A DNA stretch of 64,000 nucleotides from contig OZ251458.1 of the NCBI GenBank assembly GCA_965242535.1, forward strand, positions 4,294,525 to 4,358,524, given 5' to 3'. The stretch comes from Candidatus Latescibacterota bacterium (GTDB taxonomy: Bacteria > Latescibacterota > UBA2968). Made by a program: the position numbers and the translations under genes. Of this stretch, positions 9,481 to 18,485 are shown piece by piece (the stretch's first letter is position 1; each line of letters begins with the position of its first letter). The notes beneath the pieces were generated by a model that saw only the letters and a list, made by a program, of their open reading frames with translations, was not told the DNA's origin and did no database searches.

Positions 9481-10751
9481 GCCATCGCACGGCGCCCGTC
9501 GATATCCGAGAGGGCGTGGCCGTCTTGCCCCATGCATTGGAAGGGGTTTTGCGCCGCTTTTCCGCCGTGCCCGAAATCGCCGAATGCGCGGTTTTATCCA
9601 CTTGCAATCGGTCGGAAGTCTATTGCGTGACGCCGGATATTCAAGCCGCCCGCGATGCCGTGATCGCCGAATGGCGCGACCACAGTGGCTTGAATGCCGA
9701 TGAGCTGTGCCGGCATCTGTTCGTCCATCGAGACGCAGACGTAGCGCGCCATCTGTTTGGCGTGGCATCTGGATTGGATTCGATGGTGATGGGCGAGCCG
9801 CAAATCGCCGCGCAGGTCAAAGAGGCAGGGGCCGCCGCGCTCTCTGTGGGAACGGGCAAAACCGTGCTCAACCGCCTGTTTCGCGCGGCGACCGAGGCAT
9901 CCAAACGGGCGCGCACGGAAACGGAGATCGCGACCGGCGCGGTGTCCATCAGCTTTGCGGCGGTGGAATTGGCAAAGAAAATTTTCGGCGATCTCGACGG
10001 GCAAACGGCCCTCGTGCTCGGCGCGGGCGAAATGAGCGAATTGACCGCGCGACACCTCGCGGACAATGGGGTGAAGTCTTTGTCGGTGACGAGCCGCACC
10101 TTAGCGCGGGCGCGCGACATGGCGATGCGCGTGGGCGGCCGCGCCGTTTCGTGGGATGAGGGCATGGACAATTTGCACCGTGCGGACGTGATCATCAGTT
10201 CCACGAGCGCGGAGACCTATGTTTTGGAACGCCACCACGTCGCGGCGGCGATGCAAAAACGCAAAAACCGCTCGGTGTTTTTGATCGACATCGCCGTGCC
10301 CCGCGACATCAACCCGGCCGTGGGCGATCTGTACAATGTGTTTCTCTACGACCTCGACGATTTGGAATCCGTCGTCGGCGCGAATTTGGAACGGCGAAAA
10401 ACCGAGGCGGAAAAGGTCCGCGCGATTTTGGACGAAGAGGTGATGGCGTTTTCCGCGTGGGTCAATTCCCTCGACGTCGTGCCCGCTATCGTGGCCCTGC
10501 GCCGGCATTTTCAAGCGTTCATGGACGCCGAACTCGCCCATGCCAAGTTGACCGAATTTTCAGACGACCAACGCGCACAAGTCGCCAATGTGGTGCGCCG
10601 GTTCATGAACAAAGTGTTGCACAAACCCGTGATACGCCTCAAAGAGGCAGCCGAAGAAGAAGACGGCGGCGCGTACGTGGCGGCCCTGTCCTACTTGTTC
10701 GATCTCACAGTGAACAAAAAAAAGGGGTGCGGGGATAATGATCATCGGTAG
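9456..10751 (+). CDS. hemA: Glutamyl-tRNA reductase
   Basis: GLSHRTAP, STCNRSE, GLDSMVMGEPQI, GAGEM, DIAVPRDI. Confidence 0.97.
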   Translation: MSLVVIGLSHRTAPVDIREGVAVLPHALEGVLRRFSAVPEIAECAVLSTCNRSEVYCVTPDIQAARDAVIAEWRDHSGLNADELCRHLFVHRDADVARHLFGVASGLDSMVMGEPQIAAQVKEAGAAALSVGTGKTVLNRLFRAATEASKRARTETEIATGAVSISFAAVELAKKIFGDLDGQTALVLGAGEMSELTARHLADNGVKSLSVTSRTLARARDMAMRVGGRAVSWDEGMDNLHRADVIISSTSAETYVLERHHVAAAMQKRKNRSVFLIDIAVPRDINPAVGDLYNVFLYDLDDLESVVGANLERRKTEAEKVRAILDEEVMAFSAWVNSLDVVPAIVALRRHFQAFMDAELAHAKLTEFSDDQRAQVANVVRRFMNKVLHKPVIRLKEAAEEEDGGAYVAALSYLFDLTVNKKKGCGDNDHR

Positions 10752-11640
10752 CCGAGGAAGCGCGCTGGCCCTGTGGCAGGCCAACTGGGCCAAGCGAAAA
10801 TTAGAGGACGCACATCCCGAACTCAAACCCGAAATCGCGGTTATTAAAACGCAGGGGGACCGCCTGTCCGAAACCCCGCTGTCCCAAATCGGCGGCAAAG
10901 AGGTGTGGACCAAAGAAATCGAAAATGCCCTGTTGGCCGGGCGCATCGATCTCGCGGTTCACAGCTTGAAAGACCTGCCCGCGCAGTTGCCCGACGGATT
11001 GGCCCTCGGCGCGATCGGCGCGCGCGAGGATGCGCGAGATGTGTTGGTGAGCAAGCGCGATATAGGGTTTTGGGATTTGCCGGAAGGCGCGGTGCTCGCA
11101 ACGAGCAGTTTGCGGCGGCGAGCACAACTGAGCCATGTACGCCCGGACCTGCGATTCGTGGAAATGCGCGGCAACGTGGATACGCGCCTCAAAAAACTCA
11201 ATGCGGAAAATATAGATGGCATCGTCCTCGCCGCAGCGGGTTTGAATCGCTTGGGATTGGGACATTGCATCACCGAGATTTTCGATCCCGACCTGTGTTT
11301 GCCCGCGCCCGGCCAAGCCGCCCTCGGCATCGAAATACGCGCGGAGGATCGCGAGGTTTCAGATCTGATCGGCGTTTTGAATTGCGTTGAAACGCAGCGC
11401 GCCGTCACCGCAGAACGCACCATGCTTTCGGCCCTGGGCGGTGGCTGCCGCGTCCCCATCGGCGGTTTGGCGACCTGTGAGGCGTCGATGTTGGATCTAT
11501 GCGGAATCGTCGCAGCGCCCGATGGCAGTCAGGTCGTCCTAGCGCAGATGGCGAGTGACGGCGCCCCCGAAGAATTGGGTCTGAGGATTGCACAAGCGTT
11601 GCTCTTCCAAGGCGCGGCAAACTTTTTGGAATTGGAATAA
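10738..11640 (+). CDS. hemC: Hydroxymethylbilane synthase
   Basis: IGSRGSALALWQA, AVHSLKD, TSSLRR, RGNVDTRL, GGGCRVP. Confidence 0.97.
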   Translation: MIIGSRGSALALWQANWAKRKLEDAHPELKPEIAVIKTQGDRLSETPLSQIGGKEVWTKEIENALLAGRIDLAVHSLKDLPAQLPDGLALGAIGAREDARDVLVSKRDIGFWDLPEGAVLATSSLRRRAQLSHVRPDLRFVEMRGNVDTRLKKLNAENIDGIVLAAAGLNRLGLGHCITEIFDPDLCLPAPGQAALGIEIRAEDREVSDLIGVLNCVETQRAVTAERTMLSALGGGCRVPIGGLATCEASMLDLCGIVAAPDGSQVVLAQMASDGAPEELGLRIAQALLFQGAANFLELE

Positions 11641-11700
11641 CGCGGCGATAGCCGATGGACTCCCGCTGTAGAGAAACCATGAGACACAACGGGGTTTGGC

Positions 11701-11785
11701 GTGGACTACGAACTGACGCAACACGCCCGCGAAAATCTCCAAATTCGTCCCAATATCCAAATAGCGCGGATCGAGCGGATCCGTA
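11701..11785 (+). pseudogene. DUF4258-like toxin N-terminal fragment
   Basis: MDYELTQHARENLQIRPNI..; lies upstream of a DUF2283 gene, a typical partner; broken by a palindrome. Confidence 0.5.
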
Positions 11786-11810
11786 AGGGCGTAAAATTTT
11801 ACGCCCTTAC
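11783..11810. repeat. Perfect palindrome GTAAGGGCGTAAAATTTTACGCCCTTAC (also 52404-52431 and 60757-60784)
   Basis: Three identical copies. Confidence 0.9.
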
Positions 11811-11852
11811 GTGCCAAGTCCCAACTGCAACGCAGATCTTGAGAGCTAACTC

Positions 11853-11898
11853 ATGCAAACCGGATGCGTATATCTCGTCGGCGCCGGGCCGGGCGATG
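11853..11898 (+). pseudogene. cobA 5' fragment (MQTGCVYLVGAGPGD)
   Basis: Identical to the start of full-length cobA-hemD at 52366; a third degenerate copy lies at 12133-12189. Confidence 0.85.
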
Positions 11899-11909
11899 AG
11901 GAACCGATT

Positions 11910-12134
11910 ATGAAACTCAAAATTGACGAAGAAGCCGATGCGTTGCATCTGTGCCTGACCGATGGGCCGGCCGTAGAGTCCGAGGAAGTCGCTCCCGGCA
12001 TTATCCTCGATTACGACGCCGACGATCAAGTGATCGGCGTTGAAATTCTGTATCTCTCCAAACGGCATCAGCCCATCAATTTGATGGACATTCAACTCGA
12101 AACGCGGCGAACCAAACTCGCAGAAAGCGCGTAA
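11910..12134 (+). CDS. DUF2283 domain protein (putative antitoxin)
   Basis: MKLKIDEEADALHL...ESEEVAPGIILDYDADDQVIGVEIL. Confidence 0.82.
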   Translation: MKLKIDEEADALHLCLTDGPAVESEEVAPGIILDYDADDQVIGVEILYLSKRHQPINLMDIQLETRRTKLAESA

Positions 12135-12217
12135 GTCCCAACCGCAACGCAGATCTGAGAGCTAACCCATGCCAACCGGATGCGTATATTTGAGGAAATG
12201 AGCGCGACATAAAGCAC

Positions 12218-12256
12218 AAGCCCGAGTTCTTTGCGAACTCGGGCTATTATTTTTTT
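12218..12256. terminator. Intrinsic terminator-like hairpin
   Basis: AGCCCGAGTTC-tttgc-GAACTCGGGCT followed by a T tract; lies between convergent genes. Confidence 0.65.
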
Positions 12257-12322
12257 GAACGGGCTTGTAGAACGTTTAATCCAGTGACCGTATCCCTACG
12301 ATTTTATCTCCCGTCTCCCACC

Positions 12323-13831
12323 CTATCGCTGCTTCGCGTAATTCAATATTCCCCGAAAAATGCGATCGGCATCGGCTTCTCGCTTGTCGTGAAAGCGCAA
12401 GGCAAACGCTTCGCCCGTGTCGTGTACATTGCGTATCTCCACCAGAACTTCTGCATGCGCCGTATTGCTCCGCGACAACACCGCCAGATTGCGCGCCCCA
12501 ATTTGCGAAGTCACGCCCCGCACTTCGAGGGCCTTTTGCATAACCCGCGCAAACGCTCGAGATGGCGAATCGCTTTTGCTCTGCCCCCGGTGAACCCGAT
12601 AAATAACCATAGGCCCTTTTTTGCGGCCGGGGCTGTTGTCCGCATGCAGCGATACGAACAGGGTCTTTCCCGCGCTTGCCCCTCGGAAAAATCGATTGGC
12701 TATTTTGACCCGTTGAATAATATTGCTCAACCCCGGGCGCACTGAAAAACTGTTCTTTCTATTGTAGGCTTCATCGTTATAGACTTCATTTTGCTCGTGT
12801 ACAAATGTCTTTATGGCCGGATTATTGTCTCGGATGAGATGATTCGGACTGACCACCGTCATTTCCACCGCGGCGCCTGCGAATCTCAGCTTTTGGTAGA
12901 GGCGCAACCCGATATCGTACACAAATTCGTCCTCGACCACATAGACCGTTTCGTCGCCCGCTTTATTGGGCACAATCGCGCCCGGATCGCGCCCTCCGTG
13001 CCCCGGGTCGAGCACGATGCGCCATCCTTTTAAGGGCTGTGATTTACGCCCCTCTCGGCGCATTTGCAAATCGATCCCCGCATTGAAACCGCGCAACAAA
13101 TTGATGGCCTTTCGATAATCCTCTATCGGCTTGTTTTTGGATTCTTCCCGATAGTTCCGGCTTCGCTGTGCGGCCGCTTTGGGCTGAAAAAAATAATACG
13201 GGCCATTGGGCGCCGCGATTTCTTTCCCCTGCGTCCGTATCTTTAACTTTTGTCCCACGTAAATGCGATCCGATTTGAGGCCATTGGCGCGTCTGAGTTC
13301 CGATAACCCGATGGCAAACCGCGTGGCGATTTTAGAAAGCGAATCCCCCGATTTTACCACGTATTCCATTTCGCCAAAAGAGGGCTGAACGCGAGTGGGC
13401 GATTGTCGTGCAGAAGCAGCGCGCACGCGGAGGCGTTGACCGGGGCGAATGAGATTCGACGTGAGGCCATTGAGCCGCTTGAGTTCCTCCACGCTCATGG
13501 AAAACCGATCGGCGATTTTCGTCAGCGAGTCTCCTCGTTGCACCACGTATTCCGCATCTCCCGTCGGTGCAGAAGGTGGGCGCGCCTGTGGCCGTTGCCC
13601 AGAAGCAGCGCGCACGCGGAGGCGTTGGCCGGGGCGAATGAGATTCGACGTGAGGCCATTGAGCCGCTTGAGTTCCTCCACGCTCATGGAAAACCGATCG
13701 GCGATTTTCGTCAGCGAATCCCCCGGTTGTACCACGTAAATTTTGGTATGAATTTTTGTCGTAGGCGTCTGCGCGGCGCACGACCACACGAGGCAGGCGA
13801 TCAGCAGAAGGCGGATGTAGTGAAAGATCAT
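12323..13831 (-). CDS. N-acetylmuramoyl-L-alanine amidase with 3 LysM domains, probable lipoprotein
   Basis: LVWSC lipobox-like motif; three YVV..GDSL.KIA LysM repeats; VLDPGHGG.D.GA and SLHAD motifs. Confidence 0.9.
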   Translation of the reverse strand: MIFHYIRLLLIACLVWSCAAQTPTTKIHTKIYVVQPGDSLTKIADRFSMSVEELKRLNGLTSNLIRPGQRLRVRAASGQRPQARPPSAPTGDAEYVVQRGDSLTKIADRFSMSVEELKRLNGLTSNLIRPGQRLRVRAASARQSPTRVQPSFGEMEYVVKSGDSLSKIATRFAIGLSELRRANGLKSDRIYVGQKLKIRTQGKEIAAPNGPYYFFQPKAAAQRSRNYREESKNKPIEDYRKAINLLRGFNAGIDLQMRREGRKSQPLKGWRIVLDPGHGGRDPGAIVPNKAGDETVYVVEDEFVYDIGLRLYQKLRFAGAAVEMTVVSPNHLIRDNNPAIKTFVHEQNEVYNDEAYNRKNSFSVRPGLSNIIQRVKIANRFFRGASAGKTLFVSLHADNSPGRKKGPMVIYRVHRGQSKSDSPSRAFARVMQKALEVRGVTSQIGARNLAVLSRSNTAHAEVLVEIRNVHDTGEAFALRFHDKREADADRIFRGILNYAKQR

Positions 13832-13996
13832 GATACCAGTCCGGAAACAGTTGGAACGAACTTGTGACGAGATGATAAATATATAGACCTTTTGCGCGGA
13901 AAAGACAAGGAATGACTTGCGGTGAAAACCCGTCATCCCGAACGAGGTACAACTGCGTAGCGGTTTATCTACGAAACGGGGCACCGCTGAGTTTGT

Positions 13997-14049
13997 ACTG
14001 ATTTGTGCGTAATCAAAATTGAGAATAACTTAATTTACAGAGTACTAAC
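13997..14049 (-). repeat. Isolated terminus of the large structured element
   Basis: TGATTTG..GCGTA.TCAAAATTGAGAATAAC.TAATTTACAGAGTACTAA matches 22620-22669. Confidence 0.8.
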
Positions 14050-14055
14050 CACTTT

Positions 14056-14092
14056 TGGTCAATCCCGCCAGCACGCATGGCAACATTTGCCA
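14056..14092. promoter_or_regulatory. Two tandem TGG-N9-CCA boxes, putative PspF-type upstream activator sequences
   Basis: TGGTCAATCCCGCCA (14056-70) and TGGCAACATTTGCCA (14078-92); 22-bp periodicity; about 80-110 bp upstream of the sigma54 site. Confidence 0.6.
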
Positions 14093-14168
14093 AATGGATT
14101 TGCTCGTCTCATCGGCACAAAATATCTATATGGTTGAAAAACAAGGCGTAATGCAGAACGCGCAACTT

Positions 14169-14184
14169 TGGCACGCGCCTTGCG
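14169..14184 (+). promoter_or_regulatory. Sigma54 -24/-12 promoter of pspA
   Basis: TGGCACGCGCCTTGCG fits TGGCACG-N4-TTGC with exact GG/GC spacing. Confidence 0.85.
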
Positions 14185-14240
14185 TAAAAAGGGCGTCAGA
14201 TTAAACCCACATTCCCCAAGTCCCACGAAAGGAGCAAAGC

Positions 14241-14918
14241 ATGGCACGCGGAATTTTTTCGAGAATGGCCGACATCCTCAAGGCCAATGTCAACGACCTC
14301 ATCACCCGGGCCGAAGACCCGGAAAAGATGATCCGGCAGATGATCTTGGAAATGGAAGAAGCCGTCAACAAAGCCACGGCCTCGGTCGGCACGGCGGTCG
14401 CCAATGAAAAACGCTTGGAGAGACAACACATCGAAAAGCGAGATCAGATCGAAGCGTGGCAAAACAAGGCCGAATTGGCCGTTGAAGCCGGCGCAGACGA
14501 CCTCGCCCGTCGCGCCCTCGAGCGCAAAGCCGCGACGCAAGAAGCGGCCCGCGACCTCGAAGCGGCTTTGGCGGAAAGCCAAAAGACGTCTGCCCAACTC
14601 AAGCGACAACTCACCCAACTCAAAGCCAAACTCGACGAAGCGCGCACCCGCCAAGGCGCGCTGATTGCCCGCCGGCGCGCCGCCGAAGCCCGCAAGCAAA
14701 TCGCCCAGGGCCTCTCGGGCGTGGGCGACGACGCGTTTTCGAGCTTTGAGCGATTCCGCCAGCGCATCGAATCCGAAGAAGCCGAGGCCGAAGCGCATCA
14801 GGCCATGGCCGACTCCGACCCCTCGCTGGAAGAGGAATTTTCCCGCCTCGAGCGCAAAAATGCGGTTGAAGACGAGCTCAACGCGCTGAAACAGAAACTG
14901 GGGCAAAAAGATGCGTGA
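14241..14918 (+). CDS. pspA: Phage shock protein A (PspA/IM30)
   Basis: GIFSRMADILKANVN..AEDPEKMIRQMILEME; DLARRAL; coiled coil; AAAGGAG RBS. Confidence 0.95.
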   Translation: MARGIFSRMADILKANVNDLITRAEDPEKMIRQMILEMEEAVNKATASVGTAVANEKRLERQHIEKRDQIEAWQNKAELAVEAGADDLARRALERKAATQEAARDLEAALAESQKTSAQLKRQLTQLKAKLDEARTRQGALIARRRAAEARKQIAQGLSGVGDDAFSSFERFRQRIESEEAEAEAHQAMADSDPSLEEEFSRLERKNAVEDELNALKQKLGQKDA

Positions 14919-15561
14919 GCTGGAAAAACTCGCCGACGAAATCGCCCGCAAAATCGACCGTGCGGTCAGCCGGGCCGAACAAAAAGCCAAAACGAGATGG
15001 AAACGGCAATGGGAGGCACGCGCTCACAGCGCGACCCATCCGCTCAAGCGCGTGCCCGACCGCCTCTCCGATCTCGCCACGGATGGGAGTTGTGCTATGC
15101 GTTATCTCTTTGCTTATGGGTTTATCGGCATGGCCGCGATGCAGGGATTTAGCGGTCTCATGCTCGTGCTGTATTCATTGGCGGAACACCGACCTTGGGC
15201 AAATGGCACGACGTCTGCAATGCTCGAACCCGTCAGCATCGGCCTCGTGCTGATGGTCATGGCGCAGGTCACCTATTGGGCAGGCCGCCGAATCAAGCGA
15301 TCCGCAGACGAGAAAGCGCGCGCCAAAAATCAGAATCGCATCCTGCGTCTCGCCCGGGAAAAAGGGGGCAGTCTCACGGTGATAGAAGCGGCGACAGAGA
15401 GCAAAATCACGGTGGAAAAAACCGAGGAAATCCTGCGCGAATTGGTCTTGAGCGGTTACGCGGAAATGCGAATCTCCGAATCGGGGCTGGTCGTGTACCA
15501 CTTCTTGGAAATCGAACGCTGGAATGAAAAGCACTGGGCGCGGCCCGTGGATGAACTTTAA
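14911..15561 (+). CDS. Membrane protein with 2 TM and a C-terminal winged-helix-like domain
   Basis: Overlaps pspA; ILRLAREKGGSLT...ISESGLVVYHF C-terminal domain. Confidence 0.7.
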   Translation: MRELEKLADEIARKIDRAVSRAEQKAKTRWKRQWEARAHSATHPLKRVPDRLSDLATDGSCAMRYLFAYGFIGMAAMQGFSGLMLVLYSLAEHRPWANGTTSAMLEPVSIGLVLMVMAQVTYWAGRRIKRSADEKARAKNQNRILRLAREKGGSLTVIEAATESKITVEKTEEILRELVLSGYAEMRISESGLVVYHFLEIERWNEKHWARPVDEL

Positions 15562-15587
15562 TCGCCGGCAGGAGGGAGGGCAAAACC

Positions 15588-15785
15588 ATGTTTGAAATTG
15601 GCATCATGGTCGCGATCATCATTCTCGCATCTGCGGTACACAAATACGTCGAGCGACGCACCAAAGGCTCTATTCCCAGCGACGCGGAAGCGCGCCTGTC
15701 CGCGAGAATGGACGAACTCGAGCGCAGGTTGACGGACATTCAGGACGTCATGATCGCCATCGACGAAAAACTCAGCGCCAAATAA
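15588..15785 (+). CDS. Small PspB-like protein (1 TM + coiled coil)
   Basis: GGAGG RBS; RMDELERRLTDIQDVM. Confidence 0.65.
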   Translation: MFEIGIMVAIIILASAVHKYVERRTKGSIPSDAEARLSARMDELERRLTDIQDVMIAIDEKLSAK

Positions 15786-15796
15786 GGGAGGACGAC

Positions 15797-16141
15797 ATGC
15801 GTATCTTTTTTGTGATCATCACCGGCATCAGCTTGCTTATTCTCGCGTGCGGCACGATTGCCTACGTTCTCGACGGGCCGACATTTGGCGGCGGTTGCAT
15901 CTTGGTGGCCGCTTGGGCCGCGCTGACGGTTCTCGCCATTGTCATCGTCGACGAAGGCAAATCGCACGCACGCCGAGGAACGAAACATGCAGATTCGGAA
16001 GAACAGGCCAAACGCCTGACAGAATGCGAGGGACGCCTCAGAGACCTTCAAGACATCGCGCTTGCCAACGATGAGAAGATCGAGCGTCTCGAACGAGAAA
16101 CCCTCGTCACGCCAATCCAACCGCAGACCATTCGGGATTAA
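15797..16141 (+). CDS. Membrane protein with PspB-like C-terminal coiled coil
   Basis: 2 TM helices; RLTECEGRLRDLQDIALANDEK is paralogous to the preceding ORF; GGAGG RBS. Confidence 0.6.
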   Translation: MRIFFVIITGISLLILACGTIAYVLDGPTFGGGCILVAAWAALTVLAIVIVDEGKSHARRGTKHADSEEQAKRLTECEGRLRDLQDIALANDEKIERLERETLVTPIQPQTIRD

Positions 16142-16156
16142 CGGAAAGGACATTCC

Positions 16157-16315
16157 ATGTTCGCAAAACTCATCGGCCTCGTGCTCATCGTCATCGGCGG
16201 CATTATCTTCTTCAAGGTTCTCTTTCCGCTCATCAGCTCTCTCCTTCTCTGGCTCCAACTCGCCCTTGCCATCGGCTTCATCGCGGTCGGCTATCGGTTG
16301 ATCCAGCGGGATTGA
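16157..16315 (+). CDS. 52-aa two-TM small membrane protein (not in ORF track)
   Basis: MFAKLIGLVLIVIGGIIFFKVLFPLISSLLLWLQLALAIGFIAVGYRLIQRD; AAAGGA RBS. Confidence 0.65.
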   Translation: MFAKLIGLVLIVIGGIIFFKVLFPLISSLLLWLQLALAIGFIAVGYRLIQRD

Positions 16316-16405
16316 GGGGGACGGAGCGAGTTGTCAGCCCACCTTGACCCCATTCGTTGTCGCGACGGGCCCAGTGCCCGTCAGTTGTCATAGAGGAGGT
16401 TCAAC

Positions 16406-17611
16406 GTGAAAAATCGAGATGGTACACCCGTTCGCAGGCTCGCGCGGTTTCCGCGATGGGGCCTCGGCGTTTTGATGGTGGCAACGCTCATGGGTTGCCA
16501 GATGCAGATGGTCGATGGGCATGCCGAGTCCAAGGTGTACGATTTGAGCGGTTTTACCGGGGTGCGTGCCAGCGTTGCGGTCGATGTCGAGTTCGCGCAG
16601 GGCGATTCGTTCGGCGTGGTGGCCCATGCCGAGTACGGGGATTTCAGCGGTTTGGAGATCGAGGTGGCGGATGGCGTGCTCATCGCTACGCGGCCCGAAG
16701 AGGTGTGGAAGCGCAAAAGTGTTTCGGTCCGGCTCAGAGGTGATCGGCGCGTTGTCGAGATAGACGGCAAGCGCGTGCCCGCGTACACCGTGCGCGTCAC
16801 AGCACCCCGCATTGCGTATCTCGGCGCGTCTGTCAGCAGCAAGGTCACGGCAAAGGGGATCGAAACCGAAAAACTCGCCATCCATGCGTCGTCCGTTGCG
16901 GATGTCGACGCCGAAGTCACCGGTGGCGATGTGTCCGTGGATGCGAGCAGCAATGGGGATGTGACCGTGTCCGGGACTTATGACAAATTGAAAATCGAGG
17001 CGAATAGCAGCGCGGATGTGACCGCGTCCGGAACGTGCGACAAATTGGATATTAACGCGAGCAGCAACGCGGCTGTGAAAGCCGATGGCTTGACCTGTCA
17101 GCACGGCGATTTGCGTGCGTCGTCCGCTGCGAATATCGAGGCCAAAGTTTCCGGCGGCGATGTGTCCGTAGATGCGAGCAGCAGTGGCGATGTGTCCGTG
17201 TCCGGAACGTGCGGCGATTTGGACGTCGAGGCGAATAGCAGCGCGGCTGTGAAAGCCGATGACCTGACCTGTCAGCGCGGCAAATTTCGGGCGTCGTCCG
17301 CTGCGGATATCGAGGCCAAAGTTTCCGGCGGCGATGTGTCCGTAGATGCGAACAGCAGTGGCGATGTGACCTTGTCTGGAACGTGCGACAAATTGGATAT
17401 TAACGCGAGTAGCAGCGCGGCTGTGAAAGCCGATGGCCTGACCTGTCAGCGTGGCGACTTGCGGGCGACCAGTGGGGCCGATGTCGCCGTGCGGTTGACG
17501 GAGACCGTCACAGCCCATGCTAGTTTTGGCGGCGATATCGCGGTCCGCGGCGGTGCGACGCCCGTGAAGGTGAAAGAGTTGAGCGGCGGCGATGTTTCGA
17601 TTCGGGATTGA
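16406..17611 (+). CDS. DUF2807/GIN beta-helix lipoprotein with expanded 60-aa repeats
   Basis: LMGC lipobox-like motif; YDLSGFTGV; repeated ASSSGDV..SGTC..L...A.S.A.V.A..L. Confidence 0.8.
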   Translation: MKNRDGTPVRRLARFPRWGLGVLMVATLMGCQMQMVDGHAESKVYDLSGFTGVRASVAVDVEFAQGDSFGVVAHAEYGDFSGLEIEVADGVLIATRPEEVWKRKSVSVRLRGDRRVVEIDGKRVPAYTVRVTAPRIAYLGASVSSKVTAKGIETEKLAIHASSVADVDAEVTGGDVSVDASSNGDVTVSGTYDKLKIEANSSADVTASGTCDKLDINASSNAAVKADGLTCQHGDLRASSAANIEAKVSGGDVSVDASSSGDVSVSGTCGDLDVEANSSAAVKADDLTCQRGKFRASSAADIEAKVSGGDVSVDANSSGDVTLSGTCDKLDINASSSAAVKADGLTCQRGDLRATSGADVAVRLTETVTAHASFGGDIAVRGGATPVKVKELSGGDVSIRD

Positions 17612-17678
17612 TGTGTAGCGGTCCGTTCCCCAACCGCACGGCCCCAAGCGGTCAGTCTCCCCACCCCATCAACTCGCC

Positions 17679-17704
17679 GTAGGGACAGGCCCCCGTGCCT
17701 GTCC
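17679..17704 (+). repeat. GTAG-type REP GTAGGGACAGGCCCCCGTGCCTGTCC
   Basis: Copies at 6209, 20724(-), 24138(-), 24236(-), 40936(-), 60182, 60565 and 60651; partial copies at 39282 and 55183. Confidence 0.85.
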
Positions 17705-17829
17705 TCGCAGTCAGCAACCCGTTCCCCAACCGCCCATCCGCGTTTCGTCACTCCGGCATGGCCGTAGCCAACGCCGAAGTCCAGCGACTTTTGTCTTTCT
17801 TCTTTTTTCTCTTAACCAACGGAGACGCG

Positions 17830-18408
17830 ATGAAAACCCCTGACCACATCTTGATTCGCAAAGCCATCGCGGGCGACCGCCGTGCGTTTGAGCAACTCTA
17901 CCACAAATACCACGTCCAGATTTACAGCACTTTGGCGCAGCGCATTTCGGACCGCGACGCGGTTGACGACCTGGTGCAAAACACGTTCTTCCGCGCGTAT
18001 CGGTCCCTGCACACTTTCAAAGGCCGCGCGGCATTTTCGACTTGGCTCACGCAAATTGCCCTCAACGCCTATCGGTCGCACCTGCGCTCGCAACACGTCC
18101 GACAAAACTGGATCCGCCAAACCGAAGACCCGGAAGCCGTTCACAACGTCCTCCGCGACCTCGCGCCCGACAATCGCCCCGATCGGATTGTGGAACATCG
18201 GGAACGCATTGCACTGGTCCAAAAGAGCATCCAAAACTTGCCCGAACGCTATCGCAAAGCCATGTGGCTGCGCTATGTGATGGACTGGTCTTACGAGGAA
18301 ATCACGCAGGTGCTCCAAGTCCCGCTCGGCACTTTGAAGACCTGGATGTTCCGCGCGCGGCAACAACTCAAAGCCGAATTTCTCAAACTCGATTTACAGC
18401 CCGGGTGA
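17830..18408 (+). CDS. ECF RNA polymerase sigma factor
   Basis: GDRRAFEQL, DDLVQNTFFRAY, FSTWL, SYEEI..L.VPLGT.K..MFRAR. Confidence 0.92.
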   Translation: MKTPDHILIRKAIAGDRRAFEQLYHKYHVQIYSTLAQRISDRDAVDDLVQNTFFRAYRSLHTFKGRAAFSTWLTQIALNAYRSHLRSQHVRQNWIRQTEDPEAVHNVLRDLAPDNRPDRIVEHRERIALVQKSIQNLPERYRKAMWLRYVMDWSYEEITQVLQVPLGTLKTWMFRARQQLKAEFLKLDLQPG

Positions 18409-18485
18409 TAAATACCCGTTGCGTTTCAGTGTTTGGACATACATATTTGGGATGCGGGCGTACAATGGATTTTAAGGAGGTCGCG

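Larger units (their letters stand above)
11691..11903 (+). repeat. About 210-bp repeat, copy A (inverted partner at 52316-52514)
   Basis: Contains the DUF4258-like start, a 28-bp palindrome and the first 15 codons of cobA. Confidence 0.9.

Noticed and set aside
11641-12200. Integron cassette interpretation of the small TA genes
   Set aside because: No attC-like RYYYAAC..GTTRRRY structure and no integron integrase seen.
18409-18480. Possible ECF-dependent promoter before nfeD
   Set aside because: No clear match to a -35 AAC / -10 CGT pattern with the correct spacing.
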